A stretch of DNA of 63,191 bases, counting the filler, from Octopus bimaculoides (lineage: Eukaryota): the NCBI RefSeq assembly GCF_001194135.2. It is 4 parts of 4 records of this genome, joined end to end, with 100 filler letters (N's around TTAATTAATTAA, not from the genome) between each part and the next. Parts side by side here need not be neighbours in the genome. Positions count along the whole stretch, not along the records: positions 1 to 27,236 come from NC_069000.1; positions 27,337 to 50,840 come from NC_068985.1; 2 more parts are not named here. The stretch is one strand, 5' to 3'. The first letter of the stretch is position 1. Every line of letters starts with the position of its first letter. A program made the position numbers and the translations under genes. Under the pieces are notes generated by a model. The model did not search any database, had not been told where the DNA came from, and was given only the letters and a program-made list of their open reading frames with translations. Below are positions 24,301 through 36,486 of this stretch, piece after piece.

Positions 24301-26529
24301 TTTAAAAAAGAAAGATGCTCATTGCCGACGCTGATTCACTGTGAATGTCCTTAAGTTGGGGGCGATCTGCATCCATGTACTTTTTTTAACCGCTTTATCT
24401 GTCCGTTAGAAAGATTTTCACGGTTTTTTTTTCGTAGTATTGGAGTAGATCTTGGTTTAAATGCAGAGTCCAAGTAAAATGAGGGGAATATTTACGTCTT
24501 CTTACTGGTGTTGAAGTGCTGTTCTCGTCGGTGGTGGTGTTGTTAATTTCAGCCATTATTGTATTAGCGAAATTCCACGTGATATATGGTATACTTTTAA
24601 AATCCGGTCTGAATAATGATACGATGATAAATAAGAGGTGTTTCACTTATTTATAATGAGAGGAATAAACCAGTTACAAATTTAGACAGGAGTCGGCATA
24701 AATGGAGAAAACGTTAAAGAGAAATATCAAACGGTTCTCTACGCCTGCAAGCTTGATGATGACGGCGCCATCTTTATTGCGTTTATGTATGTATGTATGT
24801 ATGTATGTATGTATGTATGTATGTATGTATGTATGCATGTATGTATACACATGTTTTTGTTATCATGATATCGCCATGATGATGACACACACTCATAGAC
24901 ACATATATATGTAGATATGTGTATGTATATACATATCTCTATGTAGAGAGAGAGAGAGAGAGAGAGGGGGGGACAGAGAGAGGCATAGATGTGAATATAA
25001 TAAATTATAGACGGCGTGAGTGGACACGCCTAAAGTCTAAGATTGAAAACGCCGTTGATAAGAATGACCAGAAAAATAAATGTGAATACTTTCCTATGAA
25101 GACACGAAACCTGAGATTATTGTATTCTTCAAGGTAATTAGAAATGAAAAATCTACTTGTTGATTTGTATTTTACTTCCCCCGCACGAAAACATACAAAT
25201 TCAATTAGAATCCTCAAAGGATACAAATTTAATTCGTGAGTTATTTATGTTAGAGAGTCAGTAGCAGTGTATATAGAATACGTGTTAGTCTAAATAAGAA
25301 GGCAGTGGTATGCATTATATCGTCGACACTGGGATGAGCTATGTGCCATCTCTCAACGGTTCCAATGACGGAATATTTACACAGATGCTTGACCATTCTA
25401 GAAATGAAATCTAAACATCACTCAGGTCATATTCAAGCCACAATAACAAAAGGATTTATTGTAAGCTCAACATTGACCATTCAGCTTTCGTCATTGATCC
25501 TTATCTATGACAAGATCAGTAGTTTTATTAGTTCTAACATTATATCTGTTTCAATCACCATTAATCTAGGAAATATTTTTTGTAAATCTTCTCCAAAATA
25601 ATAAAGCCCTGTACCCTTATTGTTGCGATTCAAAAGAGAGTGGTTAGTGGTATATTTTATCTACTCAGATTTAGCCTAATTGTAAAACGCCATGATCTGA
25701 GACAATCTGTGCTCTAGCTGCTTGCTGTTCATTATTTATTCTTTTCTGGAAAACGAACTCCAACTGTAAATTATAATAGAGAGCGATGTCAAGAATGTAG
25801 CTCTTCCACTATCATTGTCCAGGCATTGTTGTTATCGAAAAGAATGATTTCAGCGCAAACTTTGAAAATTATAATTCTACTTCTGACTGAAAAATTCTAA
25901 ATAAAATAGAGCTTGCGTGCCACTACTGATGTTAATCAGCGTCTTTGTTTGCTTTGTCATATCCAAAACGACAAAAATCTGTTACTACAGGAGGCTTTGG
26001 GTTTTGATTTAATGATTTTAGGCCAACTTTCGCAGGTCTTTGACCTGCCATAGTGTTAACATTTAAAACTGTAGCGTTATAGGCAAAGACTAATGTAGAA
26101 AATCTGACATCTGAAGTTAAGTAGATAGTTTTCTGATGACAGTGGCTTCAGTTTCTACTTGTGAAAATACACGCAAAAGATAATTTATAATAATTATGAA
26201 GTGGTAAGGTATAAGTGTGTCTCCACGAAAGACATGAGATGACTTCCCAAATTATTTTATCAGGGCATTAATTCAAATATAAGAATTGGTATTAATGGAC
26301 AAAGCATTAATGAAGGAATTTGACACTTCATAGAAACTTAAACTGCCGAGTTGCTTTTACTGTCCAAAATTAAAGCAATTATCGAAAGTATGAGACTTGC
26401 TACCATGTCCTATTTATATGCAAGTGACAACTATGGTCTTGCATGCAAATATATATATNNNNNNNNNNATATGACCATCCCCAAATACAACATGTTTCAA
26501 CACACGATTTCACATCAAAAATCTTGCAA

Positions 26530-26571
<42 letters not shown>

Positions 26572-26726
26572 TTGCAAGATTTTTGATGTGAAATCGTGTG
26601 TTGAAACATGTTGTATTTGGGGATGGTCATATTGCTAGTTTAGCCAATAAAAACACACGCACTGTATATTTGGTGTTAATTTGCTTCAGCTTTATATTAC
26701 ATTACATTACATTAATCATATTTCGG

Positions 26727-26766
26727 CCAGAGTTCTTTCGTCACACTTCTGTGACCTCATCAGCGG
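26727..26766 (-). ncRNA. Minimal type I hammerhead ribozyme motif, family 3 (left copy)
   Basis: Reverse complement is identical to 27072-27111 except that stem I is CCG/UGG (G-U pair). Confidence 0.72.
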
Positions 26767-27071
26767 TTCTTTGCTTTCTTCTTTCTTATGTGTATCTCTC
26801 CTTGCTAACGATCAGCCATTTTGTATTTTGTATTCCTATTGTATGTGTCTACGAATGCTATCCCTCTATGTATCCCTGATAAAAAAAATAAACGAACATG
26901 TATTAACAGAGGATATAGATAATACAGGCACTCCCCATACACATGCACTTACAAAACATAGGCACACATAGAGGGATACGCATGCGTAGACACATACAAT
27001 AGGAATACAAAATACAAAATGGCTGATCGTTAGCAAGGAGAGACACACATAAGAAAGAAGAAAGTAAAATA

Positions 27072-27111
27072 CCACTGATGAGGTCACAGAAGTGTGACGA
27101 AAGAACTCTGG
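27072..27111 (+). ncRNA. Minimal type I hammerhead ribozyme motif, family 3 (right copy)
   Basis: CCA-CUGAUGA-G-GUCACA(GAAG)UGUGAC-GAA-AG(AA)CU-C-UGG: perfect 6-bp stem II, 2-bp stem III, CUC triplet and stem I CCA/UGG. Predicted cleavage is after 27108. Confidence 0.75.
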
Positions 27112-27236
27112 CCGAAATATGATTAATGTAATGTAATGTAATATAAAGCTGAAGCAAATTAACACCAAATATACAGTGCGTGTGTTTTTGTTGGCTAAAC
27201 CGGCAATATGACCATCTCCAAATACAACATATATAT

Positions 27237-27336
27237 NNNNNNNNNNNNNNNNNNNNNNNNNNNNNNNNNNNNNNNNNNNNTTAATTAATTAANNNNNNNN
27301 NNNNNNNNNNNNNNNNNNNNNNNNNNNNNNNNNNNN
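27237..27336. other. Artificial scaffold linker N44-TTAATTAATTAA-N44 (also at 50841-50940 and 60949-61048)
   Basis: The same 100-bp layout occurs three times; the 12-mer gives stop codons in all six frames. Confidence 0.9.
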
Positions 27337-27840
27337 AATTTAGCGGTTTAGCAAGAGAGACCGATAGAATAAGTACTAGTCTTACAAATGATAAGCCTTG
27401 GGGTCGATTTCTTCGACCAAAACCATTTAAGGTGGTGCTCCAGCATGGCCGCAGTCAAATGACTGAAACAAGTAAAAGAAGAAAAGAATAAAAGAATATA
27501 CATATATACATACACATGTCACTTGTTACATTTATTAAACTGCAGCTGAGGTTCCGTCTTGTAGGCTTCTTGACACTTTTGCCGAACCGCTAAGTTGCAG
27601 GGATCCAAACAGACCAAACCTTGTTGTCAAGAACGTACGCACACGCGTGCGCACACACACACTCATGTTTAGATGTAATTACATATATAATAGACTTCTT
27701 TCAGTTTCCTTCTACAAAACCCACTCATAAAGCTTTGGCCGGCCCGGGGCTGTTGTGGAAGACACTTGCTCAAGGTGTCACACAGTCGGACTGAACCCAG
27801 AAGCATGTGATCGGGTAGCAAACTTCTTACCACATAGCTA
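27337..27840. mobile_element. SINE family A fragments: 3' half on + (27337-27490); minus-strand copy at ~27570-27840
   Basis: Matches the family A tail and head. Confidence 0.75.
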
Positions 27841-27877
27841 TGTGTGCCTGTGTGTGTGTGCGTGCGTGTGTGTGTGC

Positions 27878-27914
<37 letters not shown>

Positions 27915-27924
27915 GCATGTATTT

Positions 27925-28118
27925 TTTCTTTCTTTTTTAGTTTCAGCCCGAGGACTGAGTCCATGCTGGAGCAACGCAGTTTGCATTGCTTCACTTTCAC
28001 TAAACTTCCTTTGATATTTAACACTTCGTGGATGTGGGAGTTTGACGTTGCTGCCTTCATTTGTGTTTCTTGCCTTGAGGTAGGTTCATCCGGAACTCTT
28101 GACAGAAGGAGATCCAGT
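27925..28118 (-). mobile_element. CR1-group LINE 3' end
   Basis: 'LDLLLSRVPDEPT' C-terminus followed by a 3' UTR ending TGCTCCAGCATGG...CTGAAACTAAAAAAG. Confidence 0.6.
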
Positions 28119-28128
28119 ATATACATAT

Positions 28129-28165
<37 letters not shown>

Positions 28166-29043
28166 TCTCTGCATGTGTGTATGTGTGTGTGTGTGTATAC
28201 ATGTTCATGAGAGAATGAGAGATATATAAGCTTACTTAATCGAGATTAATTCGCGTGCGTATGCACATACAAAATCACTCACATGCAAATATGTGTATGT
28301 ACATACATATGCAAACATATATACGTACATACGTACAAACATGTATACACACACACGCACGTGTCTGTGTGTGTAATGTGTACATCTATATATGTATACG
28401 TGCTTGTATAAGTATAAACATACACAGAAGTATACGTACGTACGCACATACATANNNNNNNNNNNNNNNNNNNNNNNNNNNNNNNNNNNNNNNNNNNNNN
28501 NNNNNNNNNNNNNNNNNNNNNNNNNNNNNNNNNNNNNNNNNNNNNNNNNNNNNNNNNNNNNNNNNNNNNNNNNNNNNNNNNNNNNNNNNNNNNNNNNNNN
28601 NNNNNNNNNNNNNNNNNNNNNNNNNNNNNNNNNNNNNNNNNNNNNNNNNNNNNNNNNNNNNNNNNNNNNNNNNNNNNNNNNNNNNNNNNNNNNNNNNNNN
28701 NNNNNNNNNNNNNNNNNNNNNNNNNNNNNNNNNNNNNNNNNNNNNNNNNNNNNNNNNNNNNNNNNNNNNNNNNNNNNNNNNNNNNNNNNNNNNNNNNNNN
28801 NNNNNNNNNNNNNNNNNNNNNNNNNNNNNNNNNNNNNNNNNNNNNNNNNNNNNNNNNNNNNNNNNNNNNNNNNNNNNNNNNNNNNNNNNNNNNNNNNNNN
28901 NNNNNNNNNNNNNNNNNNNNNNNNNNNNNNNNNNNNNNNNNNNNNNNNNNNNNNNNNNNNNNNNNNNNNNNNNNNNNNNNNNNNNNNNNNNNNNNNNNNN
29001 NNNNNNNNNNNNNNNATACATATATACATACATACACACACAC

Positions 29044-29076
<33 letters not shown>

Positions 29077-29083
29077 CATATAT

Positions 29084-29114
<31 letters not shown>

Positions 29115-29404
29115 TACATACATGCATACATACATACATACATACATGCATACATACATATGTATAAGTTTACAAACTAAAGCAGAAGGAGATGAAAACT
29201 TACAGTATAAGTCTCTGTTTTCTTGTAGCCCGAGGTAAACTTAGCGTAGTATGAAAACGTCGTTTAAACATCGTACCTCTGCTTTTGTTTCTCAATGACA
29301 ACAGAATGTTGAAGCCTTATGCAAAATAATGGCCTTGAACGTATCGGGAAGAACTGGAGTTTGCGGTAAACGGAGGAAGTATGGAATAACACAATGTGAA
29401 ATTG

Positions 29405-29464
<60 letters not shown>

Positions 29465-29876
29465 NNNNNNNNNNNNNNNNNNNNNNNNNNNNNNNNNNNN
29501 NNNNNNNNNNNNNNNNNNNNNNNNNNNNNNNNNNNNNNNNNNNNNNNNNNNNNNNNNNNNNNNNNNNNNNNNNNNNNNNNNNNNNNNNNNNNNNNNNNNN
29601 NNNNNNNNNNNNNNNNNNNNNNNNNNNNNNNNNNNNNNNNNNNNNNNNNNNNNNNNNNNNNNNNNNNNNNNNNNNNNNNNNNNNNNNNNNNNNNNNNNNN
29701 NNNNNNNNNNNNNNNNNNNNNNNNNNNNNNNNNNNNNNNNNNNNNNNNNNNNNNNNNNNNNNNNNNNNNNNNATATATGTATGTATGTATGTATGTATAG
29801 ATGTACATGCATATGCAGATATATATATATATATTATATATGCGCGTGTGTGTGTGTAATATGTACATGTATATGC

Positions 29877-29912
<36 letters not shown>

Positions 29913-30402
29913 GGGGAACATAACTGGTGGTAGAGGGATAGGGAAAATGGAAGTAGAGATATTGAATTTAAACAAGAGGATAGGTGCTCTGTTGAAGAGA
30001 AAGAAAATGAACGGGAAAGGGTGATGAAGATAAGGATATACCGAAAGGGAAAGAGAGAGAGAGAGAGAGGTAGTTAGATAGAAAGAGGGAGGAAGAGAAA
30101 AAGAGAAAGAGAGGATAAGTAGTAACAAGGAAAGGCGAGGAAGATCAAGAGGAGTCAGAGAAAGCAAAAGATGAAGCAAAAGGTGAAAAAATAAAAACGA
30201 ACTACAACTACGGCTGAAAAGAAACACGATGGTTGCAAAGGAAATGAATGCGACAAAAACTGAATGGACGGAAGAAAAATAGGAAGTGAGAAAGGAAGGA
30301 AAAGCAAGAGGAAGGAAGGAAAAGAAAGAAACGAAAGCGACACGCTTTGTTTCATAGTTCAAGTGTACATATAGAGCTTCCATTGCAATATGGAACGGAC
30401 AC

Positions 30403-30440
30403 CTAATTTGATCGCTGTAACAAGGAGGCTCGCTTTTATA
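30403..30440 (-). promoter_or_regulatory. Candidate TATA + Inr core promoter
   Basis: Minus-strand TATAAAAG at 30440-30433, YYANWYY match TCAAATT with its A at 30409 (TATA at -31), and (GA)n immediately upstream. Confidence 0.3.
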
Positions 30441-31064
30441 TCGGACGTGTGAATCGGTAAACTCCATCTCTCTCTCTCCCTCTCCCTCCCCCTCCCCCTC
30501 TCTCTCTCTCTCACGCTCTCTTACAATCTCATTTGATCACATCGCATCCCATCCTCTACTCGCATCTGTCTTCCCCATCTATTCTCTCTTCCTTCAGCTG
30601 TTTCGTTCCGTTTCTTCGTTTCCCTCGTCTATGCATTACAATTAATTTGTGCTATCCAATAAACTTTAGTGCGACTGTGTACTTGTCCGAATGATGGAGA
30701 TTGACAACGTCACTGAAATATATCTAAAATAAATTCGATTGAAAGTTGGGGCGTTTGGTAAGTAAATAGTTAGATAGATGTGTAGCTATATTATTATAGT
30801 AAGTCTTGTAGGTAGGTAGGTAAGTTATTATTCCTCAGCATAAATATCTTTAGGGTAAGTTATTTAGGGATATCGATAGTTAGAATATTTTCGCGATCGA
30901 ATTATTCTTGCCTCAAGTATTTAACACAGCGTCCAGTAAAGATTTCTCAATATGAGGCTGTTAATCGTCTGTGTATATATCGTCGTATATATTAGCTTGT
31001 GTGTGCATATAAACTGACATACGTATCAATGCATTCACATACATACTTGCACATATATATATAT

Positions 31065-31111
<47 letters not shown>

Positions 31112-31874
31112 GCATACACTCATACGTACACACATAAAATATACGCGCACGTCTGTGAGGTGGGAAAGACATCACTGAATATAGGAAAGAGGCCTTAACT
31201 TCTTTAAACTCGTCATCAACTGGAGGTAACATTTCACCCACATAGAAGTCCAATTGAAATTGTCATAACAAAACACGATAATTGACATTTGTGCAGTAGA
31301 AAGTCTTCACCAAACGTGATCAAGTTAATAGCTTGTAACACAAAGTGTCATAGTTGATGCACGATGTGTTGTTTTCTTCTACTCTATCAAGAGTTTTCAG
31401 CCATCAGTAAACTTGAGGAAGTAACAAGACGCTTCCTCTTTCTTCATTAGTAAATTGGCGAGCTGTGAACGTGTCTCGCTCGTGTAAGTTTTTGCAATGA
31501 GCAACATTGGCAGGAAACTAGATTCTCTTCCTGTCTTGTCAGGTGATTGTCTGGTGTCTCTTTGTTAGACTGACACAAAATTCACAAACCACACTTGTGA
31601 GTCAAACTGTCGTAGACCACACTTTTGAGCAACACCAACATGTGCCTGGATTTCGCGATTGTGAAATTTCTCCTTTTTTCGAAATTCATAAGCCACCTTT
31701 ATCAGCTTATTTATTCATTATGGCTGACAACTCACCGGAAAAGAATGAATCTATTTAGGGTTCCTTCGTTGTACATGCGGTTCCTTAGCCTTGGTATTAA
31801 TACCTCCTGCTCTCAATGGAGCATCGGGCGACGCGAGATTCCAGCCAGTAATTTTAAGCTCGCTCTCAGATCAT

Positions 31875-31934
<60 letters not shown>

Positions 31935-32744
31935 NNNNNNNNNNNNNNNNNNNNNNNNNNNNNNNNNNNNNNNNNNNNNNNNNNNNNNNNNNNNNNNNNN
32001 NNNNNNNNNNNNNNNNNNNNNNNNNNNNNNNNNNNNNNNNNNNNNNNNNNNNNNNNNNNNNNNNNNNNNNNNNNNNNNNNNNNNNNNNNNNNNNNNNNNN
32101 NNNNNNNNNNNNNNNNNNNNNNNNNNNNNNNNNNNNNNNNNNNNNNNNNNNNNNNNNNNNNNNNNNNNNNNNNNNNNNNNNNNNNNNNNNNNNNNNNNNN
32201 NNNNNNNNNNNNNNNNNNNNNNNNNNNNNNNNNNNNNNNNNNNNNNNNNNNNNNNNNNNNNNNNNNNNNNNNNNNNNNNNNNNNNNNNNNNNNNNNNNNN
32301 NNNNNNNNNNNNNNNNNNNNNNNNNNNNNNNNNNNNNNNNNNNNNNNNNNNNNNNNNNNNNNNNNNNNNNNNNNNNNNNNNNNNNNNNNNNNNNNNNNNN
32401 NNNNNNNNNNNNNNNNNNNNNNNNNNNNNNNNNNNNNNNNNNNNNNNNNNNNNNNNNNNNNNNNNNNNNNNNNNNNNNNNNNNNNNNNNNNNNNNNNNNN
32501 NNNNNNNNNNNNNNNNNNNNNNNNNNNNNNNNNNNNNNNNNNNNNNNNNNNNNNNNNNNNNNNNNNNNNNNNNNNNNNNNNNNNNNNNNNNNNNNNNNNN
32601 NNNNNNNNNNNNNNNNNNNNNNNNNNNNNNNNNNNNNNNNNNNNNNNNNNNNNNNNNNNNNNNNNNNNNNNNNNNNNNNNNNNNNNNNNNNNNNNNNGTG
32701 ACAATTGAAAAACTAAATTACACGCAACATACATGTAAGAGCAG

Positions 32745-32911
32745 GTGTAGCTCTGAGGATCAGATGCTTGCCTCCCAACCATATGATCTGGAGTTCAATC
32801 CCACTTCGTGATACTTTGGGCAAATGTCTTCTAATATGGCCTCGGGACTACAAAAGCGTGGCGAGTGGATCCGGTAAACAGAAACTGAAAGAATCTCTTC
32901 GTGTGAAGGGT

Positions 32912-32964
<53 letters not shown>

Positions 32965-33210
32965 CGTGCGTGTGTTTGCATGTGTATGTGCCTTTCTGTT
33001 TGTGTTATGTTTCTCACTTCCGCTTGGCAACCGGTGCTGGTTTGTCTATTGTCTAACTTGCCGTAACTTTGCAATTTGGCGACACGAGAACAATAGAGCA
33101 AGCATCGGGCTTAAAAAATAAAGCTTAGTGTGATTTTTTTTTTTCAAGTAAACCCTTGATGGTGATGGCCTAACATGGCCGAAGTCAAATGACTAAAGCA
33201 AGTTAAAGAG
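32745..33210 (+). mobile_element. SINE family A, diverged
   Basis: Head, (GT)n middle and degenerate tail. Confidence 0.7.
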
Positions 33211-33832
33211 AGAAAAATAGAAGACAAACATCTTCATACTCTCAAATACTCACTCACATGCACACATACACACATACACCCACATACATACACAAAATCG
33301 CTCAAACACATACGCATTTACATACGCATACGCAGATATTCCTAAATAAGCGCATAAACTCATAGGCGAATATGCCGTACTCCATGACAGACGCATGCAC
33401 TCATTCAAATGACAGCTGCTTATTGGCTTGCACTATCACCATCTCTGTATCTCGCTCTATTGATTCAGGGACTCAAGTGTTCACTTATCAATACAATAAA
33501 TGTTGTTTACTGGCTGCTACTTAAATCTCCTAATATAATAATGAGCGTAGTTTTTTTTATATATTTATCCAAAATCCCATGGTAGAAGTAGGATGGCGTA
33601 GGAGAAAGAGTAGTCTAAGTGAAGGGAGTGGAGAAAAATAGTAATTCAGTGAAGGAGAAGTAGTGAGAGTAATAGCCCTGTCTGAGAGAGAGTGAGAGAA
33701 AGTAAAAGCAATGAGAGAAAGGAAGGGGTGATAGATGAATAAGGAAGGAAGGGGTGAAAGAAAATCAGCGTTTTAACTCTGTGTGAGTATATGTGTATCT
33801 ATGTAAAAGGGAGTCATGTGAATGCTTGTGTG

Positions 33833-33875
<43 letters not shown>

Positions 33876-34244
33876 AATGGAAATAGGAAGGTGAACGTTC
33901 AACACTGAAAAGAAAATCAAACAGCATTTCAACTATGTATTTATGCATATGTGTGTGTGTGTGCATGTACAAGGTAACTATGTGAATGTTTGTATCTGTG
34001 ATTATTATGCACCTTATTTTATATCTTATTTAGATATAAAATACTACAATTAGTCGTCATTTTTGACGGCACAGGTTCGGTTAGTAGAACTAATAAAACT
34101 CTTGTAAATTTGTATGATCTTGAACGGAGAGAGAGAGATATATATGTACGCATATATAATTATATGTGTGTATGCATGTATGTATGTATGTGCACATGTA
34201 TGTATGTAGGTGTTTGTGTACGCATATATGTGTATGTGTGTGTA

Positions 34245-34420
34245 CGTATGTCTTTGTGTTTGTTCCCCACCATCGCTTGACCACCGGTGTTGATTTTTTT
34301 ACGTCCCCGGAAGTTAGCGTTTCGACAAAACAGGCCAAATAAGTACCAAACTTTAAAACATTAACTACTAGGGGTTGACTTGTTTAACTAAAGTCCCTAC
34401 GAAGCAGTAGCCCAGCAGAA
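34245..34420 (+). mobile_element. SINE family A, 3' half, diverged
   Basis: CCCCCACCATCGCTTGACCACCGGTG...ACGTCCCCG..AGTTAGCG. Confidence 0.65.
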
Positions 34421-35896
34421 CCGCCACCCAATATCAGAGACAAAGATAAAGGATAATAGCTATAATAATGTGGTCTTACGTCTACTGCTTATAGGGAAAG
34501 ATATGACAAAACGACAGCTGACCTGGGGTTGGGCAACAGCTACGCCACAGTGTATAGCACCACCTACGCCAGCACTACGGCACAATTTTCTAAATTTTCA
34601 GCTTTTTCAGTAAAGTTTTAAAAAAGAATTCCATTTGCACCCGTAATCGTTTGATTTTCACAGCTCCATGTAGTAAAAAAATTCAGAATCACTAAATAAA
34701 AGCCTTGTCTAAAATTTCTGGTCTTGTGCCTATGTTAAAAACCATTATTTAATTACGTTACTGTTAACTTGGTTTCTTCAAGAGGTCAGTGCCAATAGAT
34801 TGCCTTTAGTTTACTCAACAGAAATGCTTTGACATTAGGCAAACAAGTTAGTTATAAAATCTCTAAGGGATGAACGCAATAACTGTACTAATCTCTTTAT
34901 TTAGGCATAAAGCCGCAACATAGCGTGGACATTACAAGGACAGACAACACAAAACGTGGGGTACATGCAACGAATGATGAATATGTAATGAAATATTTAT
35001 AACGCAGTAACTGTACTGGCAAGTAATGTTTGTCACCACTTCAACATTTTAATGATGCAGCTTGCAACCGATATATTGCGGGCAGGGGAGCGAACCCCTT
35101 GCATTATATCGGATGCAGGTTGCATCGTTAACCAGCTACAGGAAATGTCTTCTTGGGGTTAAAAAAATCGCAGTAACGTCCGTTCGTACGGAACAGCCAC
35201 GTTGAAGTGGGGACAAACATTACTTGCTTTGACTTTCTTTTCCTCTTAATTGTTTGTTCGTATACAAGTAAAATTTTTGTAGCTCCAACGCCTAACGACA
35301 ACTATATGTTCTTGCTTTGTCCAGCAGATAACATGATCTGTCTTGAAACTTTTACCATTATTACGCCAACTGTGACTTTGGTTCGAGGTTATATGACGCC
35401 ATTCATCTGCTACCTTCACAATTCATATATCTCAAGTTATAAAAACGAATTCTATCAAGTTATAATGTACGTGCTACTATTTTGTTTTTGTTTTTGTTTT
35501 TCTTTTTTATTGAGCGCATATTTCCTTAGACATATATACATTCACACTTTCACATACACACAGATACACACATACACATTTAAGCATATATCCATACACA
35601 CATACATAAGCATATATTCACTCAAATACGTACACCCGAGCAATCAGAACGATCCGAATTCAATAATGTGTACACGCGATATAACTTTAAGAATACGTAC
35701 ATCGAATACCTTTTAACATTTCTATATATCTAAGGAAACATCTCACACATACATTAAGATTTAATCGACTATTTATTCAGGTTTTCATATACAAGACAGT
35801 GTTTATTTCCTTGTTATTCAAGTTTATACATATACATACATTTATACATATATATATACATGCATACATATATGCGTGTGTCTATATGTACATGTA

Positions 35897-35949
<53 letters not shown>

Positions 35950-35951
<2 letters not shown>

Positions 35952-36232
35952 TTTTATTCCTTTAGTTGTTTCAGCCATGCAGCTGCGGTCATGCTGGAGC
36001 ACCACCGTGGTTTTGCACTGTTACTTATGATAATCCTTCGGCTAATTTCCTCAAGCTGGTGGGGTTTCACATCACCACCCCTGTACGTGCCTTTGTCTCA
36101 CCTGTTAACCCATTTGGTGTATGAGGGAGCTTGATTTCGCTGCACTCGTCTCTACCTCATGCCGAGCCGTTGGTTCATCCGGTATTGTGGAGAGGAAGAT
36201 GTCTAGTTCCTTTCTGAAGATATCTACGTCCA
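35950..36232 (-). mobile_element. CR1-group LINE 3' end
   Basis: Minus strand reads 'VDIFRKELDIFLSTIPDEPT', then a UTR ending GGTGCTCCAGCATGACCGCAG...CTGAAACAACTAAAGGAATAAAAGAAT. Confidence 0.65.
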
Positions 36233-36486
36233 CATTATGCATACACAGACATGACAGAAGTAAATAGACACCTTTATGATCATTAAAATTTATTTAAATC
36301 TGAAATTATACATTCAAATTATTTATTAATTACGGAGATGTACTTGCATAGCAAGTGACCTGATCTGAGATCGTGTGCTGGAACAAAAAGAATTGCAGCG
36401 TGGAAGGTGTTTATAAGCCATTTAAAATAACATACAAAAACACCTTCCACGCTGCAATTATTTATTAATTATTATAATGTGGATAT

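Larger units (their letters stand above)
26608..27230. repeat. Inverted repeat with ~264-bp arms (26608-26871 and 26966-27230), each carrying a hammerhead; Penelope pLTR-like
   Basis: The arms are near-perfect reverse complements with scattered substitutions (e.g. CCCCAAAT vs CTCCAAAT); spacer is ~95 bp. Confidence 0.85.

Noticed and set aside
24395-24646. 83-aa ORF containing MAEINNTTTDENSTSTPVRRRKYSP
   Set aside because: Short, no recognisable domain and adjacent to a decayed LINE; cannot be supported as a gene.
26469-26632. Perfect ~164-bp palindrome centred on (TA)n
   Set aside because: It has zero mismatches, is centred on a self-complementary (TA)n and ends at a gap, which is typical of a contig-end assembly artefact. 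The neighbouring larger inverted repeat does carry substitutions.
27281-27292. TTAATTAATTAA as a homeodomain-binding or PacI-type regulatory motif
   Set aside because: Embedded symmetrically in N runs, so it is an artificial linker.
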